From NCBI GenBank assembly GCA_963799845.1, contig CAWCYI010000004.1:1888001-1952000 (forward strand): DNA of 64,000 nucleotides, read 5' to 3'. The position numbers were made by a program, and so were the translations under genes. This DNA comes from an uncultured Nitrososphaerota archaeon. GTDB lineage: Archaea; Thermoproteota; Nitrososphaeria; Nitrososphaerales; CADDZS01. This document shows, in pieces, positions 32,111-41,884 of this stretch; within the stretch, counting starts at the first letter, position 1, and each line of letters begins with the position of its first letter. The notes below the pieces were generated by a model. The model ran no database searches. It had not been told where the DNA came from and worked only from the letters and a program-made list of their open reading frames with translations.

Positions 32111-32436
32111 CGATCGTTTCTCTTATTACAACTAGCCCCTTTGTTTCGACCGCCAAATCCCTCATCCCTCGAGACTATAAGTGAGCGGAAATCTTGGTCA
32201 CAGTACCCATGGCGTGTAAGCCTCAGGATGCTCGATTGCTTCGCCATCAAGGAATTCAGCGATGATGGCGATTCCAATAACGACAGGTATAGTGTACCTA
32301 TTTCCTTTCATAAAGCTGAGAGAAGTCAATGATTGCTCACCATTTCTCGATTTAGACGGTATTCTTCTGTAATGCACGAGCAATGGATATAGCGCACATC
32401 AGTGGTTTCACCAACCTTGTGGTTTGAGATGATAGC

Positions 32437-32748
32437 TTGCAAGCTGGTTACGAACTGGGTGAAGAACAGATGAAGAAAAAGAGCCACCAGACTGTCACAG
32501 AGAAGAAAATCCTGAAAATCTTGACTAGCCATGCCGGACTGTCTAAGAACAAAATAATGTCACTTGCAAAGATGCCACGAAAGAGATGTGCTGAATCTCT
32601 GGATGACCTGCCCAAGGATCAATATCTCATATTGCAAAACGAAAGATACGAGATAACTGAACTGGGAATTCGCTACTTGGGGGAAATGACAAAGAGAGAC
32701 AAACGAGGGAGACAATCGAGAAGCCAACTTATCGGACGAAATCATTAG
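32437..32748 (+). CDS. Winged-helix DNA-binding protein
   Basis: ILKIL...LSKNKIM...YEITELG. Confidence 0.65.
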   Translation: MQAGYELGEEQMKKKSHQTVTEKKILKILTSHAGLSKNKIMSLAKMPRKRCAESLDDLPKDQYLILQNERYEITELGIRYLGEMTKRDKRGRQSRSQLIGRNH

Positions 32749-32806
32749 ACTAAAAACTCTAAATCTTTTTTATCCTTTCGACCCTTTTTTCTACCGTTGA
32801 AGATAT

Positions 32807-33016
32807 TTGGAAATTGAGGTTTATTGTGGTAATCTCGATTGTAAAGCAGAAGAAAGAGGCATACAGATGAAAGTGCTTGACGAGATGTCAAGATCGCCCG
32901 AAGAGCAACTAGCCAAAAGGAAAGGCACGCTTATCGAGTATCTAAAATGCCCAATTTGCAACAAGACCAGCATTTGGATGTACGTTTCTACGAAAAGCAA
33001 GGAAGTTAGTGCCTAG
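32807..33016 (+). CDS. Small Zn-ribbon protein
   Basis: CGNLDC...CPIC. Confidence 0.65.
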   Translation: MEIEVYCGNLDCKAEERGIQMKVLDEMSRSPEEQLAKRKGTLIEYLKCPICNKTSIWMYVSTKSKEVSA

Positions 33017-33536
33017 AGAAATCTGACATCCTATCAACTCGGACATTTCTTGGATTTAGTTCAAGCCGCTTCAATTCTAGAAGAGAGTGTGACACTCGAG
33101 CTGAACTTCACCCAGAATGCCAAAACAGGTTATTCGTGGAACATGGTCAGACAAGACGCCGGAAGATTGGGAACAAGACACAATGATGCTAAAGTGAGAT
33201 CAATTTTGATGTTCCTAGTTTACTTTGCTTCTTTCAACGTAATCTCAACCTAATCCTTCTCTTGAAGGTACATTGACTCAACAGTTGACTTTAGAATATT
33301 CACATAGAACCCCCGAGTTACCATTTTTCCTTTGTACTTCCGAGATTCGACTTTGATTTGAATCAGTAGACTCTCAGGACTACCTTTCTTAGAGGCTCTT
33401 GCTTTGTGTTGCCATCGACTTGGGTATAGCTTGTCGTCACTGCAAGTGATGCAAATTCCCAAAGGATGCGCCAAAAATTGAGAAGTATGAAACCATATAA
33501 GGAACCTACTGAATTCGCAATCACAAAGCTGTAGCA

Positions 33537-34043
33537 ATGGCCAAAAGTAAAGTTGCGATGCCAGCAATTAAGAAGGTAAAGAAGCCTGAGCTTGCCGTTA
33601 GAGAACCTCAACCCAGTTGGATTGAAGAGTTCAACAAATTGTCAGAACCGTTTCGCCTAATCCCCTGGGATCCCTTCAGAGGATTCGAGTGGCCTGTTGA
33701 ATATGAACTGCCGACGCGAGTACCCTACGTTGATGTAATCGACTCTGGCAACGAGTATGTTGTGAAAGTCGAGCTTCCCGGGATAAAAAAGGAAAATGTA
33801 GAGATTGAATTCGGGGCAAACGAATTGGTACTGAGTGCTAAATCTGATGTGGAAACGGAAGAGAAGGGAAAAAACTACTTGCATAGGGAAAGGGCATTCT
33901 CCACATTTCACAGACACATAGGCTTTGGCGAAAGTATAGATACAGAAAAAGTCTCGGCAAGCATGTCTGAAGGTATTCTCGAAATAAAACTTCCCAAGCT
34001 CGGACCCAGGCCTGAAAAGAAAACCAAAAGAATAACGTTATGA
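33537..34043 (+). CDS. hsp20: Small heat-shock protein Hsp20
   Basis: Alpha-crystallin domain: VELPGIKKE, RER...F, EGILEIKLPK, C-terminal IxL. Confidence 0.92.
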   Translation: MAKSKVAMPAIKKVKKPELAVREPQPSWIEEFNKLSEPFRLIPWDPFRGFEWPVEYELPTRVPYVDVIDSGNEYVVKVELPGIKKENVEIEFGANELVLSAKSDVETEEKGKNYLHRERAFSTFHRHIGFGESIDTEKVSASMSEGILEIKLPKLGPRPEKKTKRITL

Positions 34044-34425
34044 TGACATCACAGCGACGTTCGGCTCTGCGAAGCGCACTCCTAATCATTTTGCGAGGAT
34101 TCCCTCCATTATTTCGTTGTCAGTGAAGCAAGACTGTCCCCGAATACGTTAAGACGACCCACAAAGAATCCTCGCCAAATCAGGCGGAGAAGGAAAACCG
34201 CATCCGGAGGCCGAGATGAGAGCTTTCGTCATTGAAGATTCTGACATTGACAAATTCCTTAGCAGGTGGGACACGCTGGGCCTCGATTAGTGCCTGATAA
34301 ATGAGTGCCAATCGGTCACTTTTCTATTTGGAGAATAAGAACGAACAAAAAAGTCTGATTGAAGGAAATTCGGTGCAAGGTTCCAAATGAATTAAGACTC
34401 CGCTCTATTCATACATCTGCATCAA

Positions 34426-34650
34426 ATGCCAGTCATAGCCGTTGACACGATCTCAGTTGTGGTCTCCGATAGGACGAAATTGCTCAAATGGTATTCAGAG
34501 ATCCTGGAACTTGAGATCGTCTACATCGGACCATCGGCGCCGATTGCTGACTCGAATATTCAAGGTACAATTGAGATTCCAGGTCATTGGATCGATCTGG
34601 TCCCACACGACCGATGACCCGCTTTCCTTGTCGCCGCCGCAATAAGCCTG
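34426..34650 (+). pseudogene. VOC/glyoxalase family fragment
   Basis: ISVVVSDR...WYSEIL...GHWI, then a frameshift. Confidence 0.55.
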
Positions 34651-34907
34651 GCCACGAAGTAGATATTTGGGGTACTCTTAGCAATGCAGGCTGAGATCAG
34701 ATGATTCCCTTCTCGTCGTAAGAGCACCAAATGATCGGTTCATATCCATCTGGAGGTACTCGTAACACGTTTCTCAATTTTTAGTTTATGAAGTGTTGCG
34801 AAGAAATGTGCTAACAAAAGCTCCTATTCTTCAGAAAAATTAAAAAATTGTCCAACTGACCTCCAAATCTCTAAACTGATTTATAGCACGCATGCGCTAA
34901 CATATTC

Positions 34908-35123
34908 ATGGCTACTTGTCAGTCGAGAGAGGGCTGTACTAATAGAGCCACTCATTGGATTTTGATAGAGTACAGCTGGCCAGCACTGCCCCAAGAAATG
35001 CGAACTTATCTGCTATGTGTAGATCACATGCAACATGCTCAGAAATCTGTATCAAACCAAATATCAAAGTATCCCGAGACTGGAATCCGAATAGTTGAGC
35101 ATGGAACATTACAGACAAATTAG
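34908..35123 (+). CDS. Small Zn-binding protein
   Basis: CQSREGC...CVDH; ATG about 27 nt after TTTATA. Confidence 0.65.
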   Translation: MATCQSREGCTNRATHWILIEYSWPALPQEMRTYLLCVDHMQHAQKSVSNQISKYPETGIRIVEHGTLQTN

Positions 35124-35159
35124 ATCACGTGCATTATTTGTTCTTGATGAACTAGCGCG

Positions 35160-35396
35160 ATGAGGAAATTTCGAGTAAAGGCAAAGTTGACGAAACCGGC
35201 CGGTCAGCGTGTTCGTCAGAGATCCTCCGATTCAATTCAAAGGAGTCTTGAGAGAGAATTTGAGGTACTTGCGGATGATGCTGATGATGCCAAGGTCAGG
35301 GCGAAACAGCTACTTTCGAACGAAGGCTATGATGAGAAATTGTTACACCGTGCAACTTGGACTGTTTCTAGACTTGATCGGCCGCGCAAGCATTGA
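35160..35396 (+). CDS. Hypothetical small protein
   Basis: ATG-initiated, FxV...FEVLA...AK pattern. Confidence 0.55.
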   Translation: MRKFRVKAKLTKPAGQRVRQRSSDSIQRSLEREFEVLADDADDAKVRAKQLLSNEGYDEKLLHRATWTVSRLDRPRKH

Positions 35397-35399
35397 CGC

Positions 35400-37055
35400 C
35401 TAGTCGCCCATGCCGCCATAGCCGCCCGCTCCTGGTGGAGGGCCTGCTGGAGCCCTCATCTTGCCTGAGGCGAGCACATCATCTATACGTAGTATCATGC
35501 AGGAAGCTTCTGTTGCTGCCCTAATTATCTCCTCTTTGACTGCGAGGGGTTCAATAACTTCATCCATCATGTCTCCAACTTTTCCCGTGCGCGCATTGAC
35601 CCCGAACCAAGTTTTTCCTTGAGTGTGCTTTGCTCTTAACTCGACTTTCACATCAATAGTCTCCATCCCTGCGTTCTCAGCGAGTGTGAGAGGGATCCTT
35701 TCAAGAGCATCAGCATACCTGAGCGCTGCTAGCTGTTCTCTGCCTGGAAGCTTTGAAGCGTAATCCCTCAACCTGGATGCAACTTCTGCTTCAGGAGCTC
35801 CTCCACCGGCAACAATCGCAGGTTCCTGCAAAACATCCTTTACAACCATGATTGCGTCGTGGAGACTCCTTTCTGCCTCATCCACCACTCTTTGCGAACC
35901 TCCGCGGACTAGAATAGTCAATGCTTTGGGATTCTTGCAACCTTCGATGAAGACCCACTTGTCCTGCTCAATCTTTCTTTCCTCGACGAGCTTTGCAAAC
36001 CCCAGGTCCTTCACAGATAGATCATCAAGGTTGGTTACAGTTCTCGCGCCAGTAGCTTTTGAAAGCCGAGTCATGTCGCTTTCTTTTGCTCTTCTAACAG
36101 TCAGTATTCCCTTTTTCGCCAACAAACTCTGAGCAATGTCGTCTATCCCTTTCTGGCAGATGAGAACGTTCGCGCCCGAGGATTCTATTTTTTCAACCAT
36201 TGATTGGAGCATCGAATTTTCTTCATCGAGAAAACCCTTCATCTGTCCAGGGGTGTTGATTCTGATCTCAGCCGAGAATTCCGTCTTTTCAATTTCTAAG
36301 GGTGAAAGAATCAAAGCAATCTTCGCATTCTCAATCCTTCTTGGCATGCCCGAGTGGACTATTTCCTTGTCCAATACTACGCCGTTGATGAGCATGGTAT
36401 CGCTGGTAGAGCCTCCTGCCTTCTTTTCCACCTTGATGTTATCAAGGTCCACCTTGTAGGTACCGTCTTCGTTTTTTTCAGCAACTTGCAGCATTCCTTT
36501 GACCACGATAGAGGAAAGCTCTTCTCCGACATCAGAAACCAGTTTTGTTTGCATGCTGGTCGCAGCGATTCTCTCAAGAGTTTTCCTATCGTCTGGTTCC
36601 ACCTTCACTGCGATTTCTTTCAGTATTGCAAGAGCTTTTTCCTCAGCCTTCATGTATCCGTCAACTATGATCGTTGGATGAACGTCTTTGTTGATCAGCT
36701 CTTCCGCATTTTCCAGAAGCGCACCCGCGAGCACTACTGCGGATGTAGTCCCGTCGCCGACTTCCTGATCGGTAGTCTTTGAAATTTCAACGAGCATTTT
36801 CGCGGCAGGATGTTGCACGTCGATTTCTTTGAGGATTGTTGCGCCGTCATTCGTAATTGTGACATCGCCCATGCCGTCCACCAGCATCTTGTCCATGCCT
36901 CTAGGACCTAGGGTGCTCTTGACGATCTCCGCAATAAGCTTCGCCGCAAAGATGTTGTTGCTTTGAGCGTCTCGACCCTTTGTTTGTGTAGAGCCTTCTT
37001 TTAGAATTAAGACCTGTTGACCCGATGATGTAGTTGCAGGAGTAAGAGTGGACAT
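35400..37055 (-). CDS. ths: Thermosome (group II chaperonin) subunit
   Basis: [24 protein letters not shown] and a GGM-like tail. Confidence 0.96.
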   Translation of the reverse strand: MSTLTPATTSSGQQVLILKEGSTQTKGRDAQSNNIFAAKLIAEIVKSTLGPRGMDKMLVDGMGDVTITNDGATILKEIDVQHPAAKMLVEISKTTDQEVGDGTTSAVVLAGALLENAEELINKDVHPTIIVDGYMKAEEKALAILKEIAVKVEPDDRKTLERIAATSMQTKLVSDVGEELSSIVVKGMLQVAEKNEDGTYKVDLDNIKVEKKAGGSTSDTMLINGVVLDKEIVHSGMPRRIENAKIALILSPLEIEKTEFSAEIRINTPGQMKGFLDEENSMLQSMVEKIESSGANVLICQKGIDDIAQSLLAKKGILTVRRAKESDMTRLSKATGARTVTNLDDLSVKDLGFAKLVEERKIEQDKWVFIEGCKNPKALTILVRGGSQRVVDEAERSLHDAIMVVKDVLQEPAIVAGGGAPEAEVASRLRDYASKLPGREQLAALRYADALERIPLTLAENAGMETIDVKVELRAKHTQGKTWFGVNARTGKVGDMMDEVIEPLAVKEEIIRAATEASCMILRIDDVLASGKMRAPAGPPPGAGGYGGMGD

Positions 37056-37094
37056 TTTTCTATCATGGAGTAGCAGTGCTCCTGACTTAAAAAG

Positions 37095-37113
37095 CGACCT
37101 ACGGGAAAGGTCG
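37095..37113. promoter_or_regulatory. CGACCT-N7-AGGTCG inverted repeat abutting the thermosome TATA box
   Basis: The minus strand reads ...AGGTCG-C-TTTTTAAG about 30 nt before the ATG. Confidence 0.5.
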
Positions 37114-37252
37114 ACAAAAAGGCTGCAATATTAGGCAGAACCAGAGTTTGTGGTAAACACTTTCCTGAAAGTAATTTCCACTTTGATCCTTTTCCTGAAG
37201 CCTCAACTCGACGCAAACGTATTTTAGAAGAAAGCTGCTAGAAGCAAAGAGG

Positions 37253-37387
37253 ATGCCCCACTCGACAAAGCTGACCGTTCTTCACGCCAAGGAGAGCCTC
37301 CCGGATGGATGCTCTTGTCCCGACTGCAAGTTTCACATTTATGTTTCACAGTGTCAAGACGACAAATGCAAGTGCTGTTCGCAGTGA
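37253..37387 (+). CDS. 44-aa Cys-rich, metallothionein-like peptide (not in ORF track)
   Basis: MPHSTKLTVLHAKESLPDGCSCPDCKFHIYVSQCQDDKCKCCSQ; promoter-like CTCGAC-N5-CG-TATTTT at 37207. Confidence 0.65.
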   Translation: MPHSTKLTVLHAKESLPDGCSCPDCKFHIYVSQCQDDKCKCCSQ

Positions 37388-37477
37388 GAAACTCACGCAG
37401 GTCGACCTGAATCCTCTCTTCCCTGGTGCGAGAAGCCCAAGAAAAGTAAGCATTCGGTTTACGGGTTTTGGGCACGA

Positions 37478-38299
37478 TTATTTCTTCTTGCTTATTAGAA
37501 CGATGTGATATGATTCGGAGGTTAGCGGCGCGAGAGAACTAACACTTCCGAAGCTCCTGAGATACTCCCATCCTGACTTTCCAAGAAGCTCCCTTAATTC
37601 CTCGAAAGAGTAAGCTCTAAGCTGCCACTTGAGCGAAAATATGATGCTGTTACTGTCATGCATTCTTCTTGTCTCGTAGAATTTCCATTCGCTTTCCACA
37701 AAGGAGGTTTTCTGATTCAGCTGTCTCTCAGCCTCCATCTGAATCGTTTGAGAAATCTGCGAAAAACCGTAAGGACTGCAGTATCTAACGAGCCATTCTC
37801 TGTTAATAACGTCAAGAATTAGTATGCAATTGGAGGAAGCTAGGTCATGGAGGTCTTCGAGTACCTGGAGATCCTCTTTCTCTCCGTAGTAGCCGAAAGA
37901 ATTACCTATGCTCAGAATCGCATTGAAACCCGTCTCCCCTTTTTCGGAAAGGACACCAAAAACCTGTCTTACATCGCCTTGATAGAGTCTGACTCTTTTC
38001 TCACCTAGTTCACTTTGCTTTGCTAGGTGTTCTGCTTTGCGCAAACAATGTTCTGATAGATCAAACCCTACGACCTCGTAGCCCTCGTTGGCTAGCGCTA
38101 TTGCGTGGACCCCTATTCCACAGCAGAGGTCGAGAACCTTGGTTGCCAATGCTGGGATTTGCTGAAAATGTTTGCCAATTATCTTGCACAGCTGGGATGC
38201 TTCTTTCGAAGCGATCTGTTGGTGCGCTTCCATCCCAGGAAGGAAAAACTCTGGATGATCAACGAAAAGAGTACGCGTCCAATGCTCTTCTTTGGACAT
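37478..38299 (-). CDS. Class I SAM-dependent methyltransferase
   Basis: VLDLCCGIG, GFDLS, GDVR and NSFGY motifs. Confidence 0.88.
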   Translation of the reverse strand: MSKEEHWTRTLFVDHPEFFLPGMEAHQQIASKEASQLCKIIGKHFQQIPALATKVLDLCCGIGVHAIALANEGYEVVGFDLSEHCLRKAEHLAKQSELGEKRVRLYQGDVRQVFGVLSEKGETGFNAILSIGNSFGYYGEKEDLQVLEDLHDLASSNCILILDVINREWLVRYCSPYGFSQISQTIQMEAERQLNQKTSFVESEWKFYETRRMHDSNSIIFSLKWQLRAYSFEELRELLGKSGWEYLRSFGSVSSLAPLTSESYHIVLISKKK

Positions 38300-38388
38300 A
38301 GCTAACTTCCTCTTATCAGCTATGTTTCTGGGTTCTGGTAACTTACTTGCGCACAGAACAGCCCGTTAACCAGAGGGACACGGCTAGT

Positions 38389-38544
38389 TCAAGATGGAGT
38401 GTTTCCAGTTCTGATTTTATTCAGCGTAACGAGCTTTGCGCATTCATCGCAAACTCTTTCGAATTTTCCATTATATCGAACGGATTCCATATCTTTGACT
38501 CTAGTTGTCCGGTCGCATTTATGACATGTAGTAATACGATTCAA
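38389..38544 (-). CDS. 51-aa CxxC/CxxC zinc-ribbon microprotein (not in ORF track)
   Basis: MNRITTCHKCDRTTRVKDMESVRYNGKFERVCDECAKLVTLNKIRTGNTPS; TTG about 28 nt after TTAAAG. Confidence 0.65.
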   Translation of the reverse strand: MNRITTCHKCDRTTRVKDMESVRYNGKFERVCDECAKLVTLNKIRTGNTPS

Positions 38545-38746
38545 CGAGCTTTCACCCAACTAAGTTTCCTTTAAGATTTCTTCGGCTGTTTTTAGCCCAA
38601 ATTAAGCCAAGATCAAGCTTCGCTCTCGCCACTTCCTCATAAGCTCCTTCCTGAAACTGAAAGCGACAATACCAACTATAACGTTAACTTCTAGTCCGCC
38701 ATCGTCTTTGGGATTAACATGTCGAGATTTAAGAAAAAAGTCGGAC

Positions 38747-38767
38747 GGGCTGAAATTATTTCAGCCC
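38747..38767 (-). terminator. Perfect hairpin GGGCTGAAAT-T-ATTTCAGCCC with a downstream T-tract
   Basis: About 10 nt after the stop of the 38777 gene and followed by TTTTTT on the minus strand. Confidence 0.55.
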
Positions 38768-38776
38768 AGATTGCGT

Positions 38777-39199
38777 TCACTGAGAGTAGACTTTGATCTC
38801 GAAATCGCCAGTCTTCATATTGGCGTTGACTTCGAGACGACTCTTGGTCCCATTCAGCCAGGATAACTTCGGAGATTTAGTCATGTAGACATCTTCCCCT
38901 TCAGCCCATAAGCTTGTTGGACCTGTAATCTTCCCGTTTCCTCTACCATTGATGGCGACAAAGTCTCCCTCAACAGTGGTCTGTACAGCTTTAGAGTCCC
39001 ATTCGAGAGTTCCATCAACTTTTTGGAACATATTCACAGTTTCCAAGTGGGTCGCAGTGTACTTGCCCCCCACGAACTGAGCCTCGTTAATTAGCTCAAA
39101 TCTTACGCCCAAGGGCGTAATGTCCTTGATTGATCTTGATACTATATGACCGCGGATTTCTCCCATTAGTTCGCCTGTTTTTTGTGTTTGAGTTTGCAT
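38777..39199 (-). CDS. Hypothetical beta-rich protein
   Basis: Alternating beta-strand pattern and a KLSWLN motif; ATG at 39199 lies downstream of the conserved promoter. Confidence 0.7.
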   Translation of the reverse strand: MQTQTQKTGELMGEIRGHIVSRSIKDITPLGVRFELINEAQFVGGKYTATHLETVNMFQKVDGTLEWDSKAVQTTVEGDFVAINGRGNGKITGPTSLWAEGEDVYMTKSPKLSWLNGTKSRLEVNANMKTGDFEIKVYSQ

Positions 39200-39230
39200 T
39201 TTTTTCTCAGCTGCTACAGTGGGCAAGTTA

Positions 39231-39318
39231 CTTATACGCCTATGTCGAGTTAGAACGTTGCAGTTATCTAAATGCGATATTACCTGCCCTAAAGTGAGCT
39301 CGACATAGACCTATATAG
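39231..39318. promoter_or_regulatory. Divergent pair of conserved promoters CTCGACATAGRCN-TATAW
   Basis: Minus 39249-39231 CTCGACATAGGCGTATAAG; plus 39299-39318 CTCGACATAGACCTATATAG. Confidence 0.7.
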
Positions 39319-39339
39319 TACGACACACCCATTACATAC

Positions 39340-39504
39340 TTGCGAAACACATTGCAAACAAGAACATCATTGCCAACACCTGTATTAACACCAACCACAC
39401 CAAAAACAACAATAAAGCAGCGTGTGTCGCAGATATGCTCAAGAGCGCTACAGGACCTTTCACAATCTTTGTCCTATCTATGGCGCGTGATAGGAATCTC
39501 CTAG
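39340..39504 (+). CDS. 54-aa leaderless Thr/Pro-rich microprotein with an amphipathic C-terminal helix (not in ORF track)
   Basis: MRNTLQTRTSLPTPVLTPTTPKTTIKQRVSQICSRALQDLSQSLSYLWRVIGIS; TTG 28 nt after the TATA box. Confidence 0.5.
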   Translation: MRNTLQTRTSLPTPVLTPTTPKTTIKQRVSQICSRALQDLSQSLSYLWRVIGIS

Positions 39505-39701
39505 CTGGAATGCTTGGAGATATCTGCCAAAGCTAGGCAGTATACCAAGCGACTCTAGCTGACGTGGTGATTTGCATAGAGTAATGCATTACTCTGAGTC
39601 TGGTATTGTTTTTCGTTTATGTCAAAGGTACAATTTCTTCTATGTATGGATCTTTTCTAGTCTGTTCCGATGCCTGATTTTCTTATCCAATTCCAGAGTT
39701 C

Positions 39702-40647
39702 TCAGATTTTCATCGCATCCTTGAGTCCCTTGTACCTGTTTCTTATCGTAACCTCAGTAACACCCGCAGCCTCGGCGAGCTCCTTCTGAGTTATGTTATC
39801 ATTCTCCATAACGGAAGCAACGTAGAGCGCAGAAGCCGCTAGTCCCATCGGTCCCTTCCCAGCCGAACCATTTGTCTCTATCGTACGCCTGAGTATCTCC
39901 ACCGCCCTGCGCTTCGTCTTCTCCTGGACGCCGGCTTTGCTCGCTATCCTCGCGAGAAGCTTTACCGGATCAACAACAGGCACTCTGAGGTCAAGTTCAT
40001 TGTAGAGCAACCGGTAGCATCGAGCCAAATCCTTTTTCTTGATGTTACTGATTAGTGATAGATCTTTCAGATTACGAGGTGTTTCCGTATCTCTGCAAGC
40101 AGCGTAAAGCGAGGCTGCAATCATCCCGGAGATCGACCTCCCCCTGATCAACCCTCTTTCGAGCGCCTTCCTGTAGATGTATGCAGACTTTTTCGACTAC
40201 CAAGGCGTTGACGTTTAATTTGTCGACGAGTAGGCTGAGCTCACTGAATGCCTGACGCCTATTTCTGTCGGCAGACTCATGTACTTGCGACCTTCCGTCC
40301 CACGTGCGGAGCCTCTCAATCTGGGTCCTCATAGCAGCGGGAAGAAGCTTGCCGCTGGCGTCTTTATTCTCGAATCCTATGACCGTAGAAAGTCCCATGT
40401 CGTGAAGCGCGAGACTCGAAGGTGCGCCCGTATGAGCGCGCTGATTTGCTTCCTCGGTTGAGAATGCCCTCCACTCGCGTCCAGCATCAACAATTTGCTC
40501 CTTCAAAACATAACCGCAGTTGCTGCAGAAGAGTTCGGCTCCAGAAGAGTCAGTCACCATGGGACCCTTCGCGCACCTTGGGCAGCGGGCTCGTGTACCT
40601 TCGTGACGACTGAGATCCGTTGACGAATTTTTGATTCCGCCGCTCAT
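39702..40647 (-). CDS. tfb: Transcription initiation factor B; one frameshift at ~40187
   Basis: Zn ribbon CPRC...CSNC, B-reader EWRAF, two cyclin repeats and canonical GVTEVTIRNRY helix. Removing one base restores EKAAYIYRKA. Confidence 0.92.
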
Positions 40648-40686
40648 TCGGCTATAACATCCTCTGCACTTATTATCGAAAATGGA

Positions 40687-40848
40687 CTAGCGTCGTCTGC
40701 GTCCCCTGCGTAAAGATTGTTGAAGGGTAATCTGTTCGCAGACGGGACAAAGAAAATTCCCATGTTCGTCGATCCGGAACCTGATGCCGTGTTTAGTGCA
40801 AACCTTGGCTTGACCTATTGAATCGTTGCCGCTCACAGACGAAAACAT
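40687..40848 (-). CDS. Small Zn-finger protein with an Arg-rich tail, directly upstream of tfb
   Basis: CTKH...CPVC...RRGRRRR. Confidence 0.6.
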   Translation of the reverse strand: MFSSVSGNDSIGQAKVCTKHGIRFRIDEHGNFLCPVCEQITLQQSLRRGRRRR

Positions 40849-40903
40849 ATGTTCGCAGTATAAGGTGTTATCCCTCACAAACGATTCATGGTTTTTGGCA
40901 AAA

Positions 40904-41182
40904 ATGAAGCAGGTGGTTATCATCCAAAATATCGTCGAGTCAGCTTCTCTTGGGGGCAGGGCTCATCAGAAAGAAGCAGCGAGACAGCTCCCGAAATCTC
41001 TGTACGAGCCGGAGCAGTTTCCCGGCCTGATACACAGAATTGCGGACCCAAAAACGGTCATCCTGCTCTTCGCTCTGGGAAAGGTTGTCTGTATTGGTGC
41101 AAAGACGGAAACAGACGTGTACAGAGCAGTGAACAATCTTCACGCTACTCTTGAACAGAAGGGTCTGATGACTTATGCCTAA
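40904..41182 (+). CDS. tbp: Single-repeat (half) TATA-binding protein or TBP remnant
   Basis: IQNIV...YEPEQFPGLIHR...VILLFALGKVVCIGAK is one TBP repeat, the C-terminal one; own ATG and an upstream TATAAG. Confidence 0.75.
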   Translation: MKQVVIIQNIVESASLGGRAHQKEAARQLPKSLYEPEQFPGLIHRIADPKTVILLFALGKVVCIGAKTETDVYRAVNNLHATLEQKGLMTYA

Positions 41183-41400
41183 CTTGTCGGCGCCTAAAGT
41201 GAACAAATCGAAAAGGTTCAGCGGAATCCGTAAAATACGGCAGATACTTTCAATCGTATTTTTGTTCGTGATGGGAGCTGGGAATGCCACCATCGTCCAA
41301 AACCACTACCAAAATGGGCCATAGACTAATTACTAAGAGCAACGATTGAGAGCGAAATAGAGGCCATAATCTGCTGAACGGGGCAAACAGTGGATTGTGT

Positions 41401-41565
41401 ATGGCGCTTACAACAACATTAGTTAAACTCACGGAAAAAGTCATGGCAAGAATCGACAAATTCAAAGGACAGTTAGGCGAGGGAAAGTCAGACATGATCC
41501 GGACAAACGTCATCGCATCCCTGAGCAAGAAAGGGTATCTAAGGTGGGATGAATCTGAGCGTTAA
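41401..41565 (+). CDS. Ribbon-helix-helix (CopG-like) microprotein (not in ORF track)
   Basis: MALTTTLVKLTEKVMARIDKFKGQLGEGKSDMIRTNVIASLSKKGYL... Confidence 0.6.
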   Translation: MALTTTLVKLTEKVMARIDKFKGQLGEGKSDMIRTNVIASLSKKGYLRWDESER

Positions 41566-41728
41566 AAAAGAGCGAAAGAAACAAAACCGAGCGACTGATA
41601 AGTTGAGGGAAGAGGTTGAAATGCTCGACATCATGCTCTCATCATTGGTAGATGTTCTCGAAGAGAACCGAATCGTTGGCCATAAGGAGTGGGAGAACAG
41701 AATAAAGGAAAGGCTGAGTTCGAAGTAA
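41549..41728 (+). CDS. 59-aa helical protein overlapping the RHH gene (not in ORF track)
   Basis: ...MLDIMLSSLVDVLEENRIVGHKEWENRIKERLSSK. Confidence 0.55.
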   Translation: MNLSVKKERKKQNRATDKLREEVEMLDIMLSSLVDVLEENRIVGHKEWENRIKERLSSK

Positions 41729-41884
41729 AGGACGCACTTAGAGAGATGTTCACGCAAAAGTGATCGAGGGGATCAGGGCGGCAAAGGAGGCAAATGGATG
41801 GAAACAAAGACTGAGCGTAAGAACTAAGGAATTTGATGAAACGTAGACGGTGATCATCAAGACGCTTACTTCACTTCCCCTCCG

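Noticed and set aside
33050-33400. Chagasin-like (NAKTGYSW) and AbrB-like fragments
   Set aside because: Only a few residues of resemblance; cannot be supported.
37224-37508. Track ORFs 37224..37475 (-) and 37305..37508 (+)
   Set aside because: A third frame gives a promoter-linked Cys-rich peptide that explains the sequence better.
39340-39420. AAC-rich tract as a DGR template repeat
   Set aside because: No reverse transcriptase and no matching variable repeat in the window.
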